From a virus: DNA of 64,000 nucleotides. The first letter of the stretch is position 1; the number at the start of each line of letters is the position of its first letter. A program made the position numbers and the translations under genes. The stretch lies in the IMG/VR virus record IMGVR_UViG_3300044826_000112; one strand, 5' to 3'. The notes under the pieces were generated by a model. That model saw nothing but the letters and a program-made list of their open reading frames with translations. It ran no database searches and was not told where the DNA came from. Positions 1 through 7,800 of the stretch are shown in pieces.

Positions 1-1458
1 CGGAGAGATACGCTCACCGTACTGCGGCATCGGAGTTACACGTTGCTTCTCTGCAGACTTCTGCATAGGAGCGGACATGACGATCTCCACCTTACCCTTC
101 TCTTCGGCAGACTTCATGAAGCGTTCTGCATCACCCAGTTGCAGACCTTGGTCGACAACCATGATGCGAACTACGTCAGCCTTGCCACCTACTTCACGGC
201 CGTCAATAGAGAACACACCGCCGCGGGCAACCAGAGTGTGACGCTCAGCCAGGTGAGACATAGCACGCATCTCGTGACGACGTAGGGCTACGCCCAGGTC
301 AGTCTCGAACTCGTTGCTCACGTGGGTGTACGGAGCATAGGTGCACACCGGGTTCAGGAACCATACATCGCGTTCCTTGACGGATAGGCCATGCATGTTG
401 TTCAGGACTTCGATACGCTCTACACCATCACGGCAGGAGATGGTCAGACCTTGAGGGGTACGCAGGACGGAGCGGATGGAGGCTGTGTCGTAGTTGGTAC
501 CGTTAAAGATAACAACACGACCGTCTACCTGGCCGATTTCACCGATCTTCTTCAACTTAAGACGGTCGATGATGTCCTTGTAGTTGATCTCTTGATCCAC
601 GATCACTGGAGGACGGCTGTGAGTGAAGTCACGCACGGAGCCATCTTCGAAGGCAACGAGGAACTTCAGGTCGTTGGTCGGCAGGATTGCACCACCGATC
701 AGGTTACCGTCACGCTTAACGAACATGTAGCCGCGGCCAGAGTCGTTACGCTTAGCGTAGCCGAAGTTGTTTGCACCAAAGCTTTCCACCGCAACGCGAA
801 GAGTAGCCGGAGCACCCTTAACGTGGTAGCCCTTCTGGAGGATGTCCTGAATAGCTTGTTCATCCAGACCCTTACCGGAAGTGATCACCTGGGGGATCTC
901 TACGGACACGGTCTCTTCGACAGGCAGATTGCTCTTAACTGCTTCAACCAAGCCCTCTACGTCGAGGAACTTGGAGAGAGTAGCTACGAGGCTAGCGTCT
1001 TCAGTCAGAAGCTGCAGGAGCTCCTTACGCATCTCAGGATTCATAGCTGCCGCCATGTCAGCAATTCGGCTACCGGATGCATAGACGTACTTGCCGGTAC
1101 GGGGCGGCACGATTACGTCTTTAAGGTCAGGGTTACGGACGGCAGAAGACGGAGTCTTAGCCTTACGACCCATGTTTTCGTTCTGGTTAGCGGTAATCTG
1201 TTCGACGGTCTTCTTGGTCAGAGGCATGAATTGCTTCTTGTCTGCCATGAAGATGGAGTCGATGGGATACACAGTACCGTCTTTGGCGATAACCGGAACG
1301 AAGAAGTTGCTGCCGCCTTGGGCAAGCACGAAGCAGCCAACCTGCACGCCGGAGTTTTCTGGAAGCTCTTCAGTCATGTCGTTGAACGACAGGATGAACT
1401 TCGTCAGCTCCGGGGCAATCTTGGCCAGCTTCTCTTGAGCTAGTTCGCCTAAATTCAT
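1..1458 (-). CDS. Hypothetical protein, probably virion-associated; runs off the window edge
   Basis: ATG at 1458 with AGGAG RBS; open frame MNLGELAQEKLAKIAPELTKFILSF... appears to continue to position 1 (absent from the ORF track, consistent with no stop in the window); lies in the minus-strand block with the portal and RNAP genes. Confidence 0.75.
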   Translation of the reverse strand, partial: MNLGELAQEKLAKIAPELTKFILSFNDMTEELPENSGVQVGCFVLAQGGSNFFVPVIAKDGTVYPIDSIFMADKKQFMPLTKKTVEQITANQNENMGRKAKTPSSAVRNPDLKDVIVPPRTGKYVYASGSRIADMAAAMNPEMRKELLQLLTEDASLVATLSKFLDVEGLVEAVKSNLPVEETVSVEIPQVITSGKGLDEQAIQDILQKGYHVKGAPATLRVAVESFGANNFGYAKRNDSGRGYMFVKRDGNLIGGAILPTNDLKFLVAFEDGSVRDFTHSRPPVIVDQEINYKDIIDRLKLKKIGEIGQVDGRVVIFNGTNYDTASIRSVLRTPQGLTISCRDGVERIEVLNNMHGLSVKERDVWFLNPVCTYAPYTHVSNEFETDLGVALRRHEMRAMSHLAERHTLVARGGVFSIDGREVGGKADVVRIMVVDQGLQLGDAERFMKSAEEKGKVEIVMSAPMQKSAEKQRVTPMPQYGERISP

Positions 1459-1501
1459 CGATGGATTCTCCTAGGTAATCATCAATAGTTTATCATTGAC
1501 G

Positions 1502-1521
1502 AAGGGGTTGTTGCCAACCCC
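1502..1521 (-). terminator. Hairpin after the RNAP beta' C-terminal gene
   Basis: AGGGGTTG-TTGC-CAACCCCT inverted repeat just past the stop codon; weak U-tract. Confidence 0.45.
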
Positions 1522-1529
1522 TATCAGAA

Positions 1530-3365
1530 TTAGTACTTACCGTCCTTGCCTTCACCGAACGCCCCACCGATCATGTATGGAGTAATCGGGTCGGTACCGC
1601 TGGTTTCAGCCTTGTGGCCCATAACCATGGCTTCACGCAGGCTCTTACCGAGCTGTTTGAACGCCAGACGGGATACCCAGTTGTCATCGTACAGCTTGGC
1701 AGTCTTGATGCCAGGTACGAGTGGGGTGATGGATAGACCGCTCTTAGATACCACTACGTTCTTCACGCCGTGAGATACTAAGTATGCCACATGGTTCTTA
1801 TCCAGCAGAGTACCCGGGGTGTATTCCAGAGCATGCTCAGCCAGTTGGCGACCAAAGGCCTTTTCAGTAGGGATGGTTTCCGCATCTTCACGCAGAGCGT
1901 TGTGGATGTGGTTGATGGAAACTACCTGGCCAGGCAGGAAGCCTGTGTTACCAGCGTCCTTGACTGTCACATACTTGACCAGGTTGCGAGCAATCAGGTC
2001 GAAGTGACGAGGATCCAGCTTGTTGCCGCCTTCTTGGTAGATGTGACGCAGCTGGTTGGACATGTAGGCACGACCAGTACCGATACCTCTTAATGAAGTC
2101 AGTTTACGCGGGTTTACAGTACCACTGGACAGAGGATCACCCTGTTTGATGGCATCACCTACGTGAACCTCTACATCCTGGCTGTTAGGAACGAAGTGCA
2201 TGGTGTTACCCACGAATACTCGGTGGTCCTTCAGTTCAGTCTGCTCGATCTTGCTCACGACACCGTCTACAGTGGAGATAACGGCTTCATCCTGGAAGTT
2301 CTCCGGGTTGGTCAGCAGGTTATCTGTCAGTTCGTACGGGTTGCTTGCCTTACCGGCTTTCGCATCGTGCTTGGTAGACAGGATCATCTGGGTCAGAACT
2401 TCGGATGCTGACTGAGCAGCTACTACACCTACGTTCTCCCCGATTTCCGGAACCTTACCGCGGGCGTTCAGCCCGTAGCACTTGCAGCACACGCCATCCT
2501 TAGCTTCACAGGTAAGTGTGGTGCGGATCTTGATGTTCGTCTTACCGGAGTGCTTGAGCTCGGAGTAATACGCCTCATCGATCAGCTTGTTGGTGCCGGC
2601 TTCGTAGTGGAACATGACACGCTTCTTGTCAGCTACTGGATACATCATACCGTTAGCAGTATGACAATCAGGTACGGTCACAACCTCATGATAGAGGTTA
2701 GGAGTGATCGACTTGAACATGTCACCTGGCTTACTGGTAGACAGCTGTGCCTGTACAACGTTACCACGACCCCAATAGGACATCGCCAGCTGCTCAGCAG
2801 CAGACAGACCTTCAGCGAAGGAGTGAGTGATGGCCAGAGGGATAGGAGTCCCGTCGATCTTCTTACTTTGGATAGGAGAAGAAGTACCTTGTTGCAGCTG
2901 GGATGGGTTACCACGAGCACCGGTCTGAGCCATGATTGCCGCGGTAGACTTCTTACCGAGCATGTACTCCAGGTTCTGCTTAGTCAGCAGCCCTTGATAC
3001 TTAGTGGTCGTGTCGATCAGCTTCTCGTTACGCTCACGAGTAGAGATATCTCCCAGGCCCATAATGTGGTTAACCTGTGTCTCATACTCCGCCAGCATAG
3101 CCTTACGCTCTTCACTGTCGTTGTAGTAGTCGGACAGCGGAGTGGAGTAGCCATGGTCAGTAGCAGTATTGAAGAACAGATTGGACACAGCAGTAATGGC
3201 ACGAGGGGCATCTTCTCCGCCGTGCGTAACGATGTCAGCGATAAGGTCCTTCACGCCGTTCTTGTCCAGAACACGGGTAGGATCGAATCGCTTTTGCACT
3301 TCCGGAGGCAGAAGACGCTTAACGCGAAGAGCTCCGGGTGTGATGATTCTTTCTGAATTGCTCAT
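1530..3365 (-). CDS. rpoC: DNA-directed RNA polymerase beta' subunit, C-terminal part (rpoC2-like)
   Basis: GARGNPSQLQQ and SFAEGL (pre-bridge and bridge helix), Zn site DCHT...TCEAKDGVCCKCYG, trigger loop GVVAAQSASEVLTQMILSTKH, DPRHFDLIARN; ATG at 3365 behind AAGAAGG. Confidence 0.93.
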   Translation of the reverse strand: MSNSERIITPGALRVKRLLPPEVQKRFDPTRVLDKNGVKDLIADIVTHGGEDAPRAITAVSNLFFNTATDHGYSTPLSDYYNDSEERKAMLAEYETQVNHIMGLGDISTRERNEKLIDTTTKYQGLLTKQNLEYMLGKKSTAAIMAQTGARGNPSQLQQGTSSPIQSKKIDGTPIPLAITHSFAEGLSAAEQLAMSYWGRGNVVQAQLSTSKPGDMFKSITPNLYHEVVTVPDCHTANGMMYPVADKKRVMFHYEAGTNKLIDEAYYSELKHSGKTNIKIRTTLTCEAKDGVCCKCYGLNARGKVPEIGENVGVVAAQSASEVLTQMILSTKHDAKAGKASNPYELTDNLLTNPENFQDEAVISTVDGVVSKIEQTELKDHRVFVGNTMHFVPNSQDVEVHVGDAIKQGDPLSSGTVNPRKLTSLRGIGTGRAYMSNQLRHIYQEGGNKLDPRHFDLIARNLVKYVTVKDAGNTGFLPGQVVSINHIHNALREDAETIPTEKAFGRQLAEHALEYTPGTLLDKNHVAYLVSHGVKNVVVSKSGLSITPLVPGIKTAKLYDDNWVSRLAFKQLGKSLREAMVMGHKAETSGTDPITPYMIGGAFGEGKDGKY

Positions 3366-3454
3366 TGCACACACCTTCTTGGTTGATCAACTAGCTCTAT
3401 TTTAGAGCTTACTGGTTTAGGCACATGTGTGTGGCCTCTTTGGGTCTGTGGCCG

Positions 3455-3775
3455 GTGTGTTCCAGGCCTCAAACCGCGTCCTGACAGCATTCTACTACAA
3501 AATGTGTGCGATGTGTCGATGTTCCACCTCCCAAACACACCCTATATCAGAAAATCCCAACCACCCCTCTCTATTTATTTATTTATATTTTCCTTACGAG
3601 AGATAGAGAGATATATAGAGAACGACACATTAGGTGTTTTAAGGAAGTAGGTATGTATTTTGGGGTGGAACACACGACACAACCGACACATACTGGCCGA
3701 AAAGCCTATGAAATCGTTGTTTTATGTGTCGATTAGACTCAAAATGACCCGACACATGACCTAAAAATGTTCCAG
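3455..3775. repeat. Palindromic iteron-rich non-coding element, copy 1
   Basis: Core 3502-3709 is the reverse complement of about 45716-45925 (shared TTTTCCTTACGAGAGATAGAGAGATATATAG and GTATGTATTTTGGGGTGGAACA..CGACACAACCGACACA); many GACACA/TGTGTC and TGTTCCA/TGGAACA units around an AT-rich centre. Confidence 0.9.
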
Positions 3776-3821
3776 TTAGAAAGCAAAATGTGCACATCAG
3801 GAGGCCTGTGTGCACACTTTC

Positions 3822-4046
3822 TTACTTGATGATCCGATTTAGGATCCGATTGTCTGGCGAGAAGTTGACTGGTTTGCCATCCCGGGAGACCGGACGTGTA
3901 GTTCCACCATATGAGGACGACTTTGGAGAGAAGTCCGTAGGTTTTCCTACCTTAGCTTGCGTTAAGTTGGCCGGAATACGGGTTGTCGGAGTCGACGTCT
4001 TCGGATTGGTCATCTGTCTGACCTTCGCCAGTAGTCTTGCTGACAT
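3822..4046 (-). CDS. Small basic Thr/Pro/Ser/Lys-rich hypothetical protein
   Basis: GGAGG RBS 5 nt before the ATG at 4046; MSARLLAKVRQMTNPKTSTP...; overlaps the 3' end of 3952..4659 in another frame. Confidence 0.55.
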   Translation of the reverse strand: MSARLLAKVRQMTNPKTSTPTTRIPANLTQAKVGKPTDFSPKSSSYGGTTRPVSRDGKPVNFSPDNRILNRIIK

Positions 4047-4659
4047 AGTAACCTCCAATGCTACCTACGGCTCTGCCGATTAGGTTGCCTGTAGCTGCAC
4101 TGTTCAGAACAGTGCTCAATCTGGCCAGTTGTGACACCTTACCAGCTGCCGGCATGGCCTTAGCAGCGTACAAACCACGAGCCAAACCTGCCAGAATACC
4201 TACATTGCCGCCCATTTCGACGCCACGACGGTGAATTTCGTCTCTTGGAGCCTGCAGGACTCCAGGAAGCTTGTTCTTGTAGTCTAGATACGCCATGGTG
4301 CCGCCAGTAGCCAGTCCGCCAAGCATGCCACCTACCAGCATCGGTCCAAAAGTCCCGACTGTGGAGCTCATAGGTGTGAATAGACGAGCTTTGTGAACTA
4401 GTGCATTGCCTGCACGAGCCCCTAGCTTCAATCCACCCAGTACACCAGCTTGTACAATGGCATCCTGAAGAGGATTATCTTCAGCCAGCTTGGTGAAATT
4501 ACCAGTTTGGCTGTTGGAGCCATTGCGGTTGAACACTGACATCATCTTTGAGCGGACATATAGACCAAAACGGCGACGTGGGTCACCGTGCTGGAGGTAT
4601 TGTGCCACCTGTTTGACCTCAGGGGTCAAAACGGTAGAGTTGTTGGTGCTGTCTGCCAT
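3952..4659 (-). CDS. Hypothetical protein with Gly/Ala-rich hydrophobic (glycine-zipper-like) helices, possible internal virion/ejection protein
   Basis: GGMLGGLATGG, GGNVGILAGLARG, GNLIGRAVGSIGG segments; structural operon context. Confidence 0.65.
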   Translation of the reverse strand: MADSTNNSTVLTPEVKQVAQYLQHGDPRRRFGLYVRSKMMSVFNRNGSNSQTGNFTKLAEDNPLQDAIVQAGVLGGLKLGARAGNALVHKARLFTPMSSTVGTFGPMLVGGMLGGLATGGTMAYLDYKNKLPGVLQAPRDEIHRRGVEMGGNVGILAGLARGLYAAKAMPAAGKVSQLARLSTVLNSAATGNLIGRAVGSIGGYYVSKTTGEGQTDDQSEDVDSDNPYSGQLNAS

Positions 4660-4811
4660 TATAACCCCTTCATTCTTCGTAGCAGCTTGATCACCCTGTT
4701 AGCCGTATGACGTCTCTCTTTGTTGAACGTACGGATTGCCTTGATGGCACCGATGCTCATACCTAGAGTCATCCCTTGGCGTAGGTAATCTGGGCTGTAG
4801 TTATCGTTCAT
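4659..4811 (-). CDS. Small hypothetical protein (50 aa)
   Basis: GAGG RBS before the ATG at 4811; stop overlaps the next start. Confidence 0.55.
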   Translation of the reverse strand: MNDNYSPDYLRQGMTLGMSIGAIKAIRTFNKERRHTANRVIKLLRRMKGL

Positions 4812-4846
4812 AGACACCTCAATAGAGGGCCCGAAGGCCCTCATCC

Positions 4847-7800
4847 TTACCCCTTGATCTTAATCGGAGTATTGTCGTCAATCTCGCCGCGTTCAAGAGC
4901 CTTCATAGCTTCATCTTCCGATGCAAACTCGACGACTGCCTTCTCGTGGTCCGGCTTGGTCAGGTGTACAGAACCCAGGATAGCTTCGTGACCAGGAGCA
5001 AACATCGGGTTACCGAAGCCCTTACGAGCATCGTGTAGGTGGTGTTCTGGCAACAGCTTCTCTTTCGCTTCCTTGATGGCCTCTGGGGACATCGGAACGA
5101 ACGCAGACATAGCGTCACCGTCATAGTCAGCAGCATAACCCGGCAGGTGCAGAATGTTAAGACCGATAGTCTTACCTGCAACTGGAATCGGCTTCAGGGC
5201 CATGATGTTGGTACGCATCAGGGTTGGAGCACGGTTCAGGATCAGCGGAACCTCGTCTACCATCTTGTTGAAGGACGCAGTAGCAGCGGTGTTACGCTCT
5301 TCGTACGCCTTCTTAGCAGCAGCCAGGTCGTAACCCTTCTGAGACAGGTCGCGGATGATGTGCATCTTGTACATCTCCCACAGCTGCTCTTTAGGGAACT
5401 TCGCTTCGTTGAAGCCTACGTCCGGAGCCGCGTAGATTACAGCACGACCAGAGAAGTCCTGCTTCTTACGCAGAATCTTGTCGTGGAAGTAACCGTACTT
5501 CGGAGAGGTAGTACCTGTGATGGAAGTCATCAGGCCCTTCACACCCTTCTGCTTGGATTCATAGTCGATAGGGTCACCACCGGCCATGATAGCCTTCGCA
5601 CCGGCATACAGGTCACGACGCAGATCCGCCATACCTTCCATATCCGGCAGTACCATATCCTTTCCGCCTGCCTCTTCGTAGATCTTGTTGATCCGATTGG
5701 AGACCAGCATGTGGTGTTGGTACAGCTTGTTCACGTCACCATACTCGATGTTCTGGTTGGTGATGGAGATTGGACGCATCTTCGGAGGGATGACCGGTAC
5801 ATGGTGCAGAACCATCGCCTTATCCAGCTCCTTGTGACCCTGAGAGTGCAGACCGTGCAGGAACTTCAGACGCTTGATGGCGTCGTTACGCTTGCTCACG
5901 GAGGTGCTCTTCTTGATAGCCTCTTTCAGGGCTTCAATTTCCTCTGCAGGATCGATGTCTTGAAGCATCTGCTTGAATGCTTCGCCGCCAACCTGAGGCT
6001 CGACGTACTCGTCGTACTTCTCGGCCTTCTTGGTGATGCCACCAATGATGCCTACCTGACGTAGAACCTTGTCGTTATCGTGGGTGTCGACGATGTCGTA
6101 CAGACCCTTCTCACGACGAACCACACCGTAACGGCCAGAAGTGATGTTGTCGAACTCCTTCTGGTTGATGTTCAGGATGGTCTTCAGCGGGTTCTCCAGG
6201 TTCGGGTTAACGATTGGCTCCGCCAGAGTGTAGTGAGACCACTTGCTCCCTTCGAAACCACCAGTGATGGTCTGGTCGAAGATAGAGCCAGGTTCGCCCT
6301 TCTGAGTACGAGCTTTCATGCTGATGGTGTTAGTCACCTGACCCTTGGAAAGGTTCAGCACGTCGTTATCGGTCATCGGACCGGCCTGCAGGAAACCTTC
6401 CTTATGGCTTACCTTGATACCAGAACCACGCAGGTAGTCCAGGAACTTCTTGGTAGCGAAGGTAGTCTTCGGCTGTGGCAGAGGCATACCCTTCATCAGA
6501 CGTTCCCAGTAATCGTGGGTGTCGGAGTTGATACCACCTTCGGACTTCACAGTGCCAATTTCCTTCAGGTTCTTACGAGCATCGGAGCCCAGCAGACCCA
6601 GGAATTCCATGTAAGACACGGCCTTGGCACCATCGTCACCGCCTTTGGTAGGTTGTGCGTTGTTGTCATAGCCACCTACGGAACGGGCAGAGTAGTTCGC
6701 GTCGGTAGTCTTGTTCAGCTTGATGATGTACTGAGGACCTGCAAGAACCTTGTCACCGATGGTCTTCCCGGAAACCGGGTCGTAAATTTCTTCGGTGTCA
6801 GACAGGTTGTGCTTCTTCAGATCATCCATCACTTTGACGATGTTGTTCTGGTTTTCGTAAACGACAGTCTTGTAAGGCTCGCCGGTCTTCTTGGCGATCT
6901 TCGCAGCTGCAGTTTCCAGAACTTGGCCCAGGTTGATACGAGAAGTAACAGACGCAGGGTTCAGCACCAGATCAACAGGCTTACCTGTATCACGGCTGTG
7001 CGGCATCTCGTGGTCTTCCATGATGTGGGAGATAACCCCCTTGTTACCGTGCAGACCAGTGATCTTGTCACCAATCTCCAGGTCACGCTCACAGCGAACC
7101 AGGATACGTACGTTCTCGGAGTCGGTGTAGACGTCTACAACTTCGCCCGGCTCTTCGTGATCCCACACCTCGGACACAACCTTGTACGGGTTGGTCAGAG
7201 TCTTGTAGAGACGACCTAGGACCTTGTCGGTCTCGGTAGCCTGACGCTCTTCCAGAACTGCAAAGACCGGATCACCGTACTCCAGCTTAGTGCCCTTCTT
7301 AGGGAAACCACGCTCATCCAGCTTAGCCAGCTGAGACGGAGTGAACTTGGAAGTCTGCTTGGACAGCAGAGCCTTGTTCGTCTTGGTAATCTTGGTGATG
7401 GTGTAGTCGAACTTGTAGGCATGGTGGCTACGCAGAGACTTAGTCGCAGAGCGAGATGCGACGATACCATCTTCGTGGTTGTAACCCTTGTAAGGCATGT
7501 AGGCCACGTGCAGGTTCTTACCGATGGCCAGTACGCCATCCTTGGTGTAGTTGTTGTCAGCCAGAGTCTGGCCGGCAGTCACCTTGTCACCTACCTTGTG
7601 CTGGTACGGTTCGTCATCATGGAATCCTTTCATGTTGAACGGCAGGTTCTTCACGAAGTCAACTACATGGTTCTTACCATCAGCACCCTTGATGTGGACT
7701 TCCTCGTCGGTAGCCTTGGTGATGATGCCGTCGGTAGGAGCCAGAGTAGAGATGATCTTCCCGATGTGGTGAACATAGGAGTGACCAGAGTTCGGATCCA

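Noticed and set aside
391-1443. Long antisense ORFs opposite real genes (e.g. 391..1443 +, 5039..7219 +, 38742..40145 -, 50189..51589 -)
   Set aside because: Shadow frames produced by the strong codon bias of the sense genes; no RBS or recognisable motifs
3506-3736. Similar short ORFs in both repeat copies (3506..3736 + and 45727..45921 -, sharing IFLTRDREIYR)
   Set aside because: Similarity follows from the DNA repeat; differences are largely non-synonymous, there is no RBS, and they run antisense to local transcription
3455-3775. Repeat element as a CRISPR array or IS/MITE
   Set aside because: No regular repeat-spacer periodicity, transposase or target-site duplication; the Cas4-like nuclease at 19203 sits next to SSB as a typical phage recombination exonuclease
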